A DNA stretch of 64,000 nt, from the NCBI GenBank assembly GCA_041675145.1, contig JBAYUK010000002.1, positions 216,530 through 280,529 on the forward strand, in the 5' to 3' direction. The position numbers and the translations under genes were made by a program. This stretch comes from Patescibacteria group bacterium (GTDB lineage Bacteria > Patescibacteriota > JACPGU01). Every line of letters starts with the position of its first letter. Position 1 is the stretch's first letter. Under the pieces are notes generated by a model that saw nothing but the letters and a program-made list of their open reading frames with translations, ran no database searches and was not told the DNA's origin. Below are positions 30,362 through 40,557 of this stretch, piece by piece.

Positions 30362-33217
30362 ATGCAGGATTATATAAAAATACGAGGAGCCAGAGAGCAT
30401 AACCTGAAGAATATCGATTTAGATATCCCGCGCAACAAACTAGTAGTTATTACAGGGTTATCTGGTTCAGGTAAGAGTAGTCTTGCCTTTGACACGCTCT
30501 ATGCAGAGGGACAAAGACGCTATGTTGAATCGCTTTCTAGTTACGCTCGGCAATTTTTAGGTCTCATGGAGAAGCCAGACGTCGATTCTATCGAAGGACT
30601 TTCTCCCGCTATTTCAATAGATCAGAAATCAGCAACAAGCAACCCTCGTTCAACTGTTGGAACCGTTACAGAGATTTATGACTACTTACGAGTACTCTAT
30701 GCCCGAGTCGGGGATGTATTCTGTCCTGAATGTGGAAACCTAGTTGTGTCTCAAACTGTGCAGGAGATGGTAGATTTTGTTATGCAAGAGAAGAAGGGTA
30801 CGAAGCTTATGATTCTATCTCCTATGGTACGAGACGAAAAAGGAGAACATAAGCACGTATTTGCCAAGATTAAAAAAGAAGGATTTGTTCGTATGAGAGT
30901 AGATTCGGTGGTTATGGACGCAGATGAAGAAGTCACAATAGATAAGAAGAAGAAACACGCAATAGATATCGTAGTAGATCGTATTGTATTGGAGTGGGAG
31001 AGTGATGAGGATAAGAATCAGCTACGAATTAGGCTACACGACTCGTTTGAAACAGCACTTCGGTACAGTGCTGGAGTTGTTGGGATAGTAAATGTAGATA
31101 CAAAAGCCGAGACTACATTATCTGAAAATTTCTCGTGCCCGAACTGTCATACGCAACTACCTGAAATATCGCCTCGTATATTTTCGTTTAACTCGCCACA
31201 TGGAGCGTGTTCTCACTGTAGTGGGCTTGGAAGAACTTTGGAAATTGATGAACAATTAGTTTTTCCAAATAAAAAACTGACCATTGCGGAAGGGGCAATT
31301 AGACCATGGAGTAGAACTACAACTAACGCTTCATGGAATATAAAAATTTTGGAAGTAGTTGGTAAGAAATACGGATTCACCGTGAATCAGCCGATTGAAA
31401 AAATGTCTAAGAAAGCACTTGATATTGTTATGCAGGGAACTGGTGATGAGAAATATGTTATTCGTTACAAAACTGCTCTTGGTCGTATTAATGAGTATGG
31501 TGCAACCTACGAAGGGGTAGTGCCTAACCTCATGCGTCGCTTCAAAGAAACTGATAGTGATGCAGCACGGCAAGATATAGAGAGATATATGAGAGAGCGC
31601 ATATGCCCGGTATGTCATGGTAAGCGACTAAAGAAAGAAATTTTAGGAATTAAGGTAGGCGATCGGTCAATCGATATGGTAGTAGAGGACACGGTAGACG
31701 GAGCTTTGGATTTCTTTAAGGCCCTACCAAAAAACCTCACAGATAAAAAACAGTTTATTGCCAAGCAGCTCGTGGCAGAAATTACGGCACGACTATCATT
31801 CTTACACGATGTGGGATTGTCGTACTTAACCATAGATCGTGGTGCAGCAACTCTCTCGGGCGGAGAAGCGCAGCGAATTCGTCTTGCTACGCAGATCGGG
31901 TCAGGTTTAACAGGAGTACTCTATATCCTAGACGAACCAACTATGGGACTCCACCAACGGGATACAAATAAGTTAGTTAAGACATTACTTCATTTGCGTG
32001 ACCTAGATAATACTGTGATAGTTGTCGAGCATGACGAACAGGTAATGATGGCATCTGACCATTTGATAGATATTGGTCCTGGTGCAGGAGAGCATGGAGG
32101 GCAAGTAATGGCACAGGGAACTCCTGAAGAAATAAAGAATAATAAGAAATCACTTACTGGAAAATACCTCTCGGGGTACCAGTCGGTTGCCATTCCAAAA
32201 AAACGTCGTCATGGTAACGGAAAGAGCCTCACCATCATAGGTGCTACTGAGCACAATCTAAAAGATATCGATGTGAGTATCCCGCTTGGAATGTTTGTGG
32301 CCGTAACGGGAGTTTCAGGGTCTGGTAAATCAAGTCTTGTAAATGAGATCTTAGCAAAACGACTCGCTGAGGAATATCATAACTCGCAACAAGAAGTAGG
32401 AAAGTGCCGTGAGATACAAGGTATAGAGAATCTCGATAAGGTGATTAATATCGATCAGTCTCCAATTGGAAGATCACCTCGTAGCAACCCTGCAACGTAT
32501 ACGGGTATTTTCACGACTATTCGTGAGTTATTTACCGCGACTATAGATGCAAAGGCCAGAGGCTACAAAGAGGGAAGATTTAGTTTTAATGTAAAAGGTG
32601 GCCGTTGTGAAGCATGTTCTGGTGACGGAGTGAATAAAATTGAAATGCACTTCTTGCCCGACGTCTATGTTACATGCGAGGTGTGTAACGGAAAGAGATA
32701 TAATCGTGAGGTATTAGAGGTCTACTATAAAGATAAGAACATTGCAGACGTGTTAAGTATGACAGTTACGGAAGCGGCAGAATTCTTTAAGAATATCCCA
32801 ACCCTCCATACTAAGCTTTCTGTACTACAAGAAATTGGTCTTGGATATATCCGCCTAGGACAAAGTGCTACCACGCTTTCTGGCGGAGAAGCACAAAGAA
32901 TTAAACTTGCTTCAGAGCTATCTCGTCGTGCTACTGGTAAGACTCTGTACATTCTTGATGAGCCTACTACAGGGCTACACTTTGATGATATCTCTCGACT
33001 ACTCATTGTGTTGCAAGCACTCGTCGATAAAGGAAATAGTGTGCTGGTAATTGAACATAGTCTTGATGTTATTAAGGTGTGTGACTGGGTTATTGACCTT
33101 GGGCCTGAGGGGGGTAATGGTGGTGGTCAGATAGTAGCACAAGGTACACCGGAAGATATTGTGAAAGTTTCTAAAAGTCACACAGGGCAATATCTTAAGC
33201 CACATCTCAAGGACTAA
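30362..33217 (+). CDS. uvrA: excinuclease ABC subunit A
   Basis: 951 aa with two ABC ATPase modules ([23 protein letters not shown]; [23 protein letters not shown]) and Zn-finger Cys clusters. Confidence 0.9.
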   Translation: MQDYIKIRGAREHNLKNIDLDIPRNKLVVITGLSGSGKSSLAFDTLYAEGQRRYVESLSSYARQFLGLMEKPDVDSIEGLSPAISIDQKSATSNPRSTVGTVTEIYDYLRVLYARVGDVFCPECGNLVVSQTVQEMVDFVMQEKKGTKLMILSPMVRDEKGEHKHVFAKIKKEGFVRMRVDSVVMDADEEVTIDKKKKHAIDIVVDRIVLEWESDEDKNQLRIRLHDSFETALRYSAGVVGIVNVDTKAETTLSENFSCPNCHTQLPEISPRIFSFNSPHGACSHCSGLGRTLEIDEQLVFPNKKLTIAEGAIRPWSRTTTNASWNIKILEVVGKKYGFTVNQPIEKMSKKALDIVMQGTGDEKYVIRYKTALGRINEYGATYEGVVPNLMRRFKETDSDAARQDIERYMRERICPVCHGKRLKKEILGIKVGDRSIDMVVEDTVDGALDFFKALPKNLTDKKQFIAKQLVAEITARLSFLHDVGLSYLTIDRGAATLSGGEAQRIRLATQIGSGLTGVLYILDEPTMGLHQRDTNKLVKTLLHLRDLDNTVIVVEHDEQVMMASDHLIDIGPGAGEHGGQVMAQGTPEEIKNNKKSLTGKYLSGYQSVAIPKKRRHGNGKSLTIIGATEHNLKDIDVSIPLGMFVAVTGVSGSGKSSLVNEILAKRLAEEYHNSQQEVGKCREIQGIENLDKVINIDQSPIGRSPRSNPATYTGIFTTIRELFTATIDAKARGYKEGRFSFNVKGGRCEACSGDGVNKIEMHFLPDVYVTCEVCNGKRYNREVLEVYYKDKNIADVLSMTVTEAAEFFKNIPTLHTKLSVLQEIGLGYIRLGQSATTLSGGEAQRIKLASELSRRATGKTLYILDEPTTGLHFDDISRLLIVLQALVDKGNSVLVIEHSLDVIKVCDWVIDLGPEGGNGGGQIVAQGTPEDIVKVSKSHTGQYLKPHLKD

Positions 33218-33799
33218 CTTAAATGTTTGCAATAAAAAAAGCAGGGAAGTATAAAAGGGGTACATATGGCCGAGGCCAGATGGTGGGATAAAATCCCGGT
33301 CTTTTATTACTTCGCCTGCTTTTAAGTAGGGAGCCATTAGTTTATGTATGCTGATATGGGTTGTACTTCGCCGAAGCGATGGGCTACGAAGGCTCACGAA
33401 GGAGCAGCAATTCATAGGACAAACCCTGCATAAAAAAACGTTGAGGCTGAACCTCCTTCCAATCAATCCCGCCTTGAGCGGGCTATTTGAGTCCGCCCAA
33501 AGTGAGTTTGGGTTGGATTGAGGGGTGCATGCGGGGAAGCGTGACACGAACCTCAGAGGAAGGAAGATGGGTGTATGGCCCGAATTAACGGGTATACCCT
33601 ATACGAGGGAGAAGTATACACCCATTTTCCTGTCTCTGAGGCTATTTTTTAAGACTTTTTCCTAGTTTTTGCCTAGGTACGAAACAATGTAACATACTTT
33701 TTTACCTGTGTCAACAAGATTTTTTAAAACAGTAGTATATTTGTCTTTTTAGCCAAGTAGCGATATGATGGATGTATATTTTTCCATGATTTATATCTC
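33218..33799. other. about 580-bp gene-free, stem-loop-rich interval (candidate structured ncRNA, unclassified)
   Basis: No credible ORF on either strand. Several GC-rich hairpins (CCCGC-cttga-GCGGG, CCCAAA-gtgag-TTTGGG) and a roughly 100-nt long hairpin (CCTCAGAGG...CTCTGAGG) ending in a T-run near 33560-33660. Confidence 0.3.
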
Positions 33800-35899
33800 A
33801 TGAATACGATTACGCTCCAGTCTTCTATACGTGATTTACCAGGTGTAGGAGAAAAGACTTTTGAGAAGATTTCTCACCTCGGTCTTGCAACTGTGTACGA
33901 TCTTTTGTATTACTTTCCATACCGCTGGGAGGACTTTTCTCGTGTTGAGCCCATTGGGAAGTTGCAGTCAAACCAAACCGTAACGGTAATTGGGCTTGTT
34001 GCTGCGGTGAGTAAGAGGAGACTGAGGGGCAGAAAGGTATTAGTGGAAATTGCTCTTAGAGATGATACTGGCGTTGTGAGACTAATTTGGTTTAACCAGG
34101 GATACAGAGCGGGGGCGTATAGCGAAGGAGACAAGCTTGTTGTAAGGGGAAAGGTCAGTATTTCGCCGAGGGGTTTTCAGATGATGCATCCAATGTGTGA
34201 AAAGATCGCAAGTGACTTGGATATACACAACGGTGATATTGTTCCTATATATAGCGTCACACAGGGAGTTAATACAACGCTGCTTTCAAAGCTTGTAAAA
34301 GGCGTTATATCGAAGGCAAATGATATACAGGACGACCTACCGGAGGTAGTAAGAAAAGAAGAAGGTCTCGCACCTCTTTCTCGTGCTATACGAGATATAC
34401 ATGTTCCAAAAGATCTAGTAAGTCTTGAAGATGCTAAGGTACGACTAGCGTTTGACGAGATGCTTATGATTCACCTGCGTCTACTTTTAAATAAAAAGAA
34501 TAATCAGGAGAAACAGGCGCCTCACATTTCCTTTGACTTAGCGGTAATGAAACATTTTCTGTCTCACCTTCCATATGAGTTAACACCAGATCAGAAAAAA
34601 GTAACGTGGCAGATCATGCAGGACATAGGCTCTACAACTCCGATGAATAGATTGGTTGAAGGGGATGTGGGTAGCGGAAAGACGGTAGTAGTAGCATCGG
34701 TGATGGCGATGGTGTCACATAGCGGGTATCAGACGGCACTTATGGTTCCAACCGAGATTCTTGCTCGTCAGCACTTCAAAAATATTGTAGCAATGTTTGG
34801 TGAGTCAGACCTTTCTATTGGTTTGTGTGTAGGCAAGGAGTGCTTGGTATGGGACAATAAGAATGGTGTTACTCAGTCTTCTCGAAAAGAATTTGTTGCA
34901 AAGTTAGGTAGTGGTGAAATAGGAATAGTAACGGGTACGCATACACTATTCTCTGATGATGTTGTATATAGTAAGTTGGGGTTAGTGTGTGTGGACGAGC
35001 AACACCGCTTTGGTGTTAACCAGAGACTACGGTTAAAAGAAAAGACAAAGAATATGGGAGAGGAGTACTCGCCTCATTTTCTATCTCTAACTGCCACTCC
35101 TATACCACGGACCCTCGCGCTCTCTCTTTACGGAGACTTGGATATATCAATGATAAAAAGTAGGCCGGCCAGTCGTAAAACAATCATCTCGATATTCATT
35201 ACACAGACTAAAAGGAAAGACGCGTACAAGCTCGTTTCTGGGCAAATAGATTCAGGTTCACAAGTCTTTGTTGTCTGTCCGTTGGTTCAAGAAATAGAGG
35301 GAGAGTCAGAAGCTATTGATGAAAGAAAAGCTGTACTTTCTGAGGTGCAAAAGTTAACGCAGTTATTCCCAGATTATGAAGTTTGTGCAATTCACGGTAA
35401 AATGAAGAAAGAGGAGCAGGAGAGTGTAATGCAGGAGTTTAGAGATGGAAAGACAAAAATTCTGGTAGCATCATCTGTTATTGAAGTGGGTATAGATATA
35501 CCGAACGCAACCGTCATCATGATTGAGAACGCAGAACGGTTTGGACTCTCGCAGCTTCATCAGTTACGAGGTCGTGTTGGAAGAGGGGAAAAACAGTCGT
35601 ACTGTCTAGTGTCCTCTGGAACTACTGATCCTGATGCAAACGAAAGGTTAGAAATGTTTGTAAAAATATCAGATGGTTTCGAGCTTGCTGAGTATGACCT
35701 ACAGAATCGTGGCCCTGGGGAATTCTGGGGATACGAACAGTCTGGTTTTGCAAAGCTTAAGATAGCAAAACTCTCAGATCATGAATTGATAATAAGAACC
35801 CGTTCGGCAGCAAAAAAGACACTCGATATCGGCCTTGCTAAGTTTCCGGGGTTAGTTCAGAGATTAGAATATTACCAGGGTACAGAACATTTTGAATAA
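33800..35899 (+). CDS. recG: ATP-dependent DNA helicase RecG
   Basis: N-terminal wedge/OB domain and SF2 helicase motifs (GDVGSGKTVVA, DEQHRFG, the QLRGRVGRG arginine finger). Confidence 0.9.
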   Translation: MNTITLQSSIRDLPGVGEKTFEKISHLGLATVYDLLYYFPYRWEDFSRVEPIGKLQSNQTVTVIGLVAAVSKRRLRGRKVLVEIALRDDTGVVRLIWFNQGYRAGAYSEGDKLVVRGKVSISPRGFQMMHPMCEKIASDLDIHNGDIVPIYSVTQGVNTTLLSKLVKGVISKANDIQDDLPEVVRKEEGLAPLSRAIRDIHVPKDLVSLEDAKVRLAFDEMLMIHLRLLLNKKNNQEKQAPHISFDLAVMKHFLSHLPYELTPDQKKVTWQIMQDIGSTTPMNRLVEGDVGSGKTVVVASVMAMVSHSGYQTALMVPTEILARQHFKNIVAMFGESDLSIGLCVGKECLVWDNKNGVTQSSRKEFVAKLGSGEIGIVTGTHTLFSDDVVYSKLGLVCVDEQHRFGVNQRLRLKEKTKNMGEEYSPHFLSLTATPIPRTLALSLYGDLDISMIKSRPASRKTIISIFITQTKRKDAYKLVSGQIDSGSQVFVVCPLVQEIEGESEAIDERKAVLSEVQKLTQLFPDYEVCAIHGKMKKEEQESVMQEFRDGKTKILVASSVIEVGIDIPNATVIMIENAERFGLSQLHQLRGRVGRGEKQSYCLVSSGTTDPDANERLEMFVKISDGFELAEYDLQNRGPGEFWGYEQSGFAKLKIAKLSDHELIIRTRSAAKKTLDIGLAKFPGLVQRLEYYQGTEHFE

Positions 35900-35906
35900 A
35901 TAACTT

Positions 35907-36446
35907 ATGAAAATAATTGAAGGAAAGTTTTCGGACAAGCATATCACATATCGGGCGCGAGAAGGGCAGAGAGTGACTGGAGAGAAGGTAAGAAAGGCAG
36001 TCTTTGATATGCTAAAACAATATATAGATTTTAACGGCGCCTCAATTGCAGATGTATTTGCTGGAAGTGGTATTTATGGCTTTGAGGCAATGAGTCGTGG
36101 TGGAGCGCTTTGTACTTTTGTAGATAACAGCCGCGAAGGTATAAAATATATAAAAGAAACCATAGAGTACTTTGGACTCAAGAATACAACCACACCTCTC
36201 TGTACGACCTGGGATAGGTTCATTTCACAAAATACAACAGAGTTTAATATAGTTTTTTTGGATCCACCTTATTTTGATTTTGACTTCGAGAAGCTCTCAG
36301 GAGTAGACGCCTTAGTGAAGTCCGGCGGGATAGTGGTGATTGAATCAAGTAAGAAAATAAAGTTGCCAGTGATGGCTGAGAGTATGATTCAGCTCGAGAC
36401 GAGAACATATGGTGATGTGAGGGTAGATTTCTTTCGAAAAAAATAA
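35907..36446 (+). CDS. rsmD: 16S rRNA (guanine966-N2)-methyltransferase
   Basis: FAGSGIYGFEAMSRGG SAM motif and the DPPY catalytic motif. Confidence 0.8.
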   Translation: MKIIEGKFSDKHITYRAREGQRVTGEKVRKAVFDMLKQYIDFNGASIADVFAGSGIYGFEAMSRGGALCTFVDNSREGIKYIKETIEYFGLKNTTTPLCTTWDRFISQNTTEFNIVFLDPPYFDFDFEKLSGVDALVKSGGIVVIESSKKIKLPVMAESMIQLETRTYGDVRVDFFRKK

Positions 36447-36475
36447 CATAAAATTATAATAAAATACAAATCTCT

Positions 36476-37187
36476 ATGCTGGAGGGCTGGAAGAATAAGA
36501 TTGCGCTATATTTTGAGGAACATCGCTTCCACATTGGTTATGTTTTGGTTAGCCTGGTGCTTATCACTAGCGTATCGTTATGGATTTATGGGGAGTGGGT
36601 AGTGCGAGTTCAGGCCTTTGAAGCGAAGATTGATCAGAAGATCGAGCAGTCGCAAGAAGATGATGTTAGTGCTATTTCAAATCTAGGTAGTAGTGAGGAT
36701 ACTGAGAAGAGAGAGATAATCTTCGATATCGAGGGTGCAGTTCGGCGCCCAGGGGTATATTAGATTGCCTTCGGATAGTGTAATATCTGACGCATTAGAG
36801 GCCTCAGGAGGCCTATCTGAGGAGGCAGACAGGGTGCGTATAGCACGAGAGATGAATCTATCTAGCCAGATTGGAAATCACACCAAACTATATATGTTTG
36901 CTCTGTACGACCGTGATGTCCCAGTAATTTCACCAGTTAAGGCTACAGATACGGTAAAGACAAGTACTACGGGAGGGTCGGTAAGTAGTTCAGGTGTGGT
37001 GAACCTTAACTCGGCGACACTGACTGAGCTCGACGGCTTGCCAAGTGTAGGGCCGGTAACTGCCCAGAAGATTATCGACTGGAGAGACGACAACGGAGGC
37101 TTTAAATCGGTAGATGATCTCAAGCAAGTAAAGGGGATTGGAGATGCTCTCTTTGAAAAAATCAAAGATCATGTTACAGTAGATTAA
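36476..37187 (+). pseudogene. comEA: competence protein ComEA, split by a +1 frameshift near 36758-36762
   Basis: ORF 36476..36763 gives a TM anchor plus SLBB domain ending ...GAVRRPGVY*. ORF 36735..37187, in the +1 frame, continues ...RLPSDSVISDALEASGGL... into tandem HhH motifs (NLNSATLTELDGLPSVGPVTAQKIIDWR). Removing one T at about 36761 restores a single ComEA reading frame. Confidence 0.6.
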
Positions 37188-37203
37188 AATACGTATGTGC
37201 TTC

Positions 37204-37229
37204 TCGCCCGCCTTCTGGTGGGCGACTTT
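37204..37229 (+). terminator. GC-rich stem-loop after comEA, abutting tRNA-Leu
   Basis: TCGCCCGCC-ttct-GGTGGGCGA, a 9-bp stem with one G-U. No strong T-run follows, so it may be a processing or attenuating hairpin rather than a terminator. Confidence 0.4.
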
Positions 37230-37311
37230 GCCCGGGTGGTGAAACTGGTAGACACGCATGGCTTAGGACCATGTGCCGCAAGGCTTGAAGGTTCGAGTCC
37301 TTTCCCGGGCA
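37230..37311 (+). tRNA. tRNA-Leu (TAG)
   Basis: Acceptor GCCCGGG/CCCGGGC, anticodon stem CATGG/CCATG with loop CTTAGGA, a long variable arm and T-loop TTCGAGT. Total 82 nt. Confidence 0.85.
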
Positions 37312-37317
37312 TTATTC

Positions 37318-37345
37318 AAAAGACAACCCTAGGGTTGTCTTTTAC
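37318..37345 (+). terminator. rho-independent terminator after tRNA-Leu
   Basis: AAAGACAACCC-tag-GGTTGTCTTT hairpin followed by TACT. Confidence 0.5.
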
Positions 37346-37475
37346 TATGTCTTAAAAAGATTTTTTGTGAGGCATTAGACCCAAAAAAGTTAGTTTTCCA
37401 CAAAATCGGAGAAAAATTCATCTGGACTGGGATCCCATCCGTGGTGGTAGTATGATTGAGCAAGGCAAACTACAA

Positions 37476-37511
37476 ATGGTAGGTAAATGATACCTACCAT
37501 ACAATATATTG
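37476..37511 (+). promoter_or_regulatory. 10-bp perfect inverted repeat plus an NrdR-box-like palindrome upstream of nrdR
   Basis: ATGGTAGGTA-aatga-TACCTACCAT is followed immediately by ACAATATATTG (a CAATATATTG palindrome, matching the core of the NrdR-box consensus acaCwAtATaTwGtgt), 24 nt before the nrdR ATG. Confidence 0.35.
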
Positions 37512-37534
37512 ATTTAACAGGTTAAACAGATCCT

Positions 37535-37984
37535 ATGCAATGTCCGTTATGCCAGGCCGATACAAAGGTCACTAATTCGCGCGAGACAGACTCAGGCCGA
37601 GCTATTAAAAGGCGACGAGAGTGCACTGTCTGTGGCCAACGATTTAGTACCTACGAGCAAATATCTCTCATAGACCTACGGGTGCAAAAACGAGGTGGAG
37701 ATATCCAGCAGTACGACAAGCGTAAGATCGTTAACGGTATCAAGATTGCGGTTCAGAAAAGGCCGATTTCGGAAGAACAGTTTAAAAAAATGATGTTTCT
37801 CATTGAGAATGATATCTTAAACCTCAAAAAAGATGTGATACCGTCCGAGCAAATAGGAAAGATAGTACTAAAAAGACTAGCAGAAATAGATAAAGTGGCA
37901 TATTTGCGGTTTGCATCAATTTACCGGGATTTTAGAACTACAAAGGCTTTTGAAAAAGAAATCCAAAAGCTAGAAAAAGACTAA
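37535..37984 (+). CDS. nrdR: transcriptional repressor NrdR
   Basis: N-terminal Zn ribbon MQCPLCQ...CTVCGQRF followed by an ATP-cone. Confidence 0.85.
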   Translation: MQCPLCQADTKVTNSRETDSGRAIKRRRECTVCGQRFSTYEQISLIDLRVQKRGGDIQQYDKRKIVNGIKIAVQKRPISEEQFKKMMFLIENDILNLKKDVIPSEQIGKIVLKRLAEIDKVAYLRFASIYRDFRTTKAFEKEIQKLEKD

Positions 37985-38013
37985 CAACAATATTTAACGT
38001 AACTCCACCTCCT

Positions 38014-40434
38014 ATGAAAGTCCCACAGATAGAAAAAGACCAAATCAATGCAACATTCTCTGAGAATGCTTTGAAGATGATGAAGAAAAGATACTTGATG
38101 CCGTTTGACGACGGTGGTCAGGAAATGCCGGCAGATATGATGGAGCGAGTTGCAAATGCCTTGGCTCTTGTTGAAAAGAAATACAAACACGACCAGAAAT
38201 TTGTAGACCAAGTCGCACGGGATTTTTTTAGCATACTATCGAATAAAGAATATACTCCTGCTGGCCGGACCATGACCAATGTGGGAACTGGAACCCCACT
38301 TATCGCGAACTGTATTGTCTTGCCAATTGAAGATTCAATGGAGAGTATTTTTCAAACTCTTAAAGAAGCCGCTCTTCTTCAGCAGGCGGGTTCTGGACTT
38401 GGCTTCTCTCTATCATCAATGCGCCCGGCTGACTATGAGACAAAGAAATCTCGTGGTCGTGCATCAGGGCCTGTTTCGTTCCTTCGGGTGTATGACACTG
38501 CATTTGGAACGATTAAACAACAGGGAAGACATGGTGCGAACATGGCGATGATGAACATTCACCATCCAGATATCTTAGACTTCATTACGTGTAAAAAGGT
38601 AGAGGGGGATATTCGTAACTTTAATATTTCAGTTACGGTATCAGATGAGTTTATGAAGCAGGTAGTAGAGGCTCCAGATACTCAGTGGTATTGCGACTTT
38701 AAAGGACAAAAAGTAAAGCCACATAGAGTTTTGCGTTACCCAAATGGAGCAACCTATGGTAGTGAAGAGGTAGATATTACTGCTCGCGAACTTTTTAATA
38801 TGATTGTTGAAGGAGCGTGGAAGAACGGTGAACCAGGTATCGTATATATTGACGAAGTAAATCGTACTAACCCGCTTCCAGGTCTTGGAAGAATTGAGAC
38901 ATCTAACCCATGTGGTGAACAGTTCCTGCATCCATATGACAACTGTAACCTAGGGTCAATTAACTTGGCTAAGTTTGTTAGTGACAAACAAGTGAACTGG
39001 GATCGTCTGAAGTTTGTAACTCGAACGTCAGTTCGCATGATGGATAACGTTATTGATTTATTTGACTTTCCGGTACAGCAGGTAACTGATCTTGCTAAAA
39101 ATAATCGGCGTATTGGACTTGGTATTATGGGATTTGCTGATATGCTTTTCCAACTTGAGATTCCATACAACACAGAAAAGGGACGCAAGATGGGGGAACA
39201 AGTCATGAGTTTTATTAACCGCGAAGCGCATCAGATGTCTCAAGAGCTCGCAGTTGAAAAAGGTGAATTTCCTAATACTCATCTCTCTATCTTTGCAAAG
39301 AAGAAAATTAAAATGCGTAACGCAGCACTTACTACTGTTGCTCCTACTGGTTCAATCTCGATGATGTTAGATTGTTCGTCGGGTCTTGAGCCAATCTTCG
39401 CACTGTACTTTGTGAAGCAAGACAAAGATGGCGTGAAGTATAACTACATGAATGAGTATCTCGAGAAGGCTATTGCTCGTTTGAACCTATCTGAGACTCA
39501 GAAGAAGGAAGTGATGGATGCATTAATTGCTGGTGGTAGTATTCAGAGCGTTTCGTTTTTGCCGAAGACTATTCGTGACACCTTCGTTACTGCGATGGAA
39601 ATATCTGGAGAGGATCACATGAAAATGCAGGCTGCTTTCCAGAAGCATGTCGACAACTCTATCTCAAAGACAATTAACCTACCAAACTCAGCAACTCACG
39701 AAGATGTATATAACGGATTTATTTCTGCTTGGAAACTGAAGTGTAAGAGTTGTACTGTATATCGTGACGGTAGCCGTATGATCCAGGTTCTCCATGTTGG
39801 TAAGAAAGATAATATTCTCTCAACAACATCAGGATTTGGCGCTTCTCAAAGTACTGAAGAGAAAGCAACAGCAGAGGACACCTCAATGCGCCTGGATATG
39901 GATCGTGTTCGTCTCAAGCCACGAGTTCGTCCTGATGTTATGACCGGTAAGACATATAAGCTTAAGACTGGATACGGAACGCTGTATGTCACTATAAATG
40001 ATGATGAGACTGGTGTGCCATTTGAAGTATTCGCTTCAATGGGAAAGACTGGTGGGTACTTCCAGGAACAATCAGAAGCACTATGTCGACTCATCTCTCT
40101 CTCGCTTCGTTCTGGAATTAAAATTGAAGCAATCATTGATGACCTAAAGGGTATTCGTGGTCCAATGCCGATCTTCACCAACAAGGGTCTTATTCTTTCA
40201 CTTCCGGATGCAATAGGTCAAATCATGGCAGAGCATGTAACGGGAGCACGTGAAATGGAGCACGTACTTGCAAAGCCTGATGGACAAGAGGCGCTACCGA
40301 TGATGGAGGAGACAAAGGTTGCTACCATTGCTGATACTGGATTTATGCCCGGATGCCCTGATTGTGGGAATACCCTAACGATGGCAGAAGGATGTATTTC
40401 ATGTAAAGCATGTGGCTTCTCTCGATGTGGCTAG
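38014..40434 (+). CDS. nrdJ: adenosylcobalamin-dependent (class II) ribonucleotide reductase
   Basis: 806 aa. Active-site region ETSNPCGEQFL, NCNLGSINLAKF, a B12-binding region and a C-terminal CxxC...CxxC zinc ribbon. Confidence 0.85.
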   Translation: MKVPQIEKDQINATFSENALKMMKKRYLMPFDDGGQEMPADMMERVANALALVEKKYKHDQKFVDQVARDFFSILSNKEYTPAGRTMTNVGTGTPLIANCIVLPIEDSMESIFQTLKEAALLQQAGSGLGFSLSSMRPADYETKKSRGRASGPVSFLRVYDTAFGTIKQQGRHGANMAMMNIHHPDILDFITCKKVEGDIRNFNISVTVSDEFMKQVVEAPDTQWYCDFKGQKVKPHRVLRYPNGATYGSEEVDITARELFNMIVEGAWKNGEPGIVYIDEVNRTNPLPGLGRIETSNPCGEQFLHPYDNCNLGSINLAKFVSDKQVNWDRLKFVTRTSVRMMDNVIDLFDFPVQQVTDLAKNNRRIGLGIMGFADMLFQLEIPYNTEKGRKMGEQVMSFINREAHQMSQELAVEKGEFPNTHLSIFAKKKIKMRNAALTTVAPTGSISMMLDCSSGLEPIFALYFVKQDKDGVKYNYMNEYLEKAIARLNLSETQKKEVMDALIAGGSIQSVSFLPKTIRDTFVTAMEISGEDHMKMQAAFQKHVDNSISKTINLPNSATHEDVYNGFISAWKLKCKSCTVYRDGSRMIQVLHVGKKDNILSTTSGFGASQSTEEKATAEDTSMRLDMDRVRLKPRVRPDVMTGKTYKLKTGYGTLYVTINDDETGVPFEVFASMGKTGGYFQEQSEALCRLISLSLRSGIKIEAIIDDLKGIRGPMPIFTNKGLILSLPDAIGQIMAEHVTGAREMEHVLAKPDGQEALPMMEETKVATIADTGFMPGCPDCGNTLTMAEGCISCKACGFSRCG

Positions 40435-40468
40435 GAAGGTACGTTGAAGTACCAAACATGATAGAAAA

Positions 40469-40495
40469 ATCGGACTACAAAAAGTCCGATTTTTT
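40469..40495 (+). terminator. rho-independent terminator after nrdJ
   Basis: ATCGGACT-acaaaa-AGTCCGAT followed by TTTTTT. Confidence 0.65.
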
Positions 40496-40557
40496 CTAAA
40501 AAAGTGTATTTCACAAGACACTAAAACATAGTACTATGAGTCTAATTAAAAGCTCTC

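Noticed and set aside
32999-33547. 182-aa minus-strand ORF covering the uvrA 3' end and part of the uvrA-recG gap
   Set aside because: It is antisense to a well-supported gene for most of its length. Its composition is low-complexity (Cys/Leu/Phe/Ser-rich) with no motif, so it is most likely a chance frame in structured DNA.
33218-33799. Attempted assignment of the uvrA-recG interval to tmRNA, RNase P RNA or SRP RNA
   Set aside because: No match found by eye on either strand to the tmRNA tRNA-like ends, the RNase P P4/CR-II (GGUGCGGUAAGAGCGCACC) blocks, or the SRP GGAAGCAGC domain IV core. It is left as an unclassified candidate and needs a covariance-model search.
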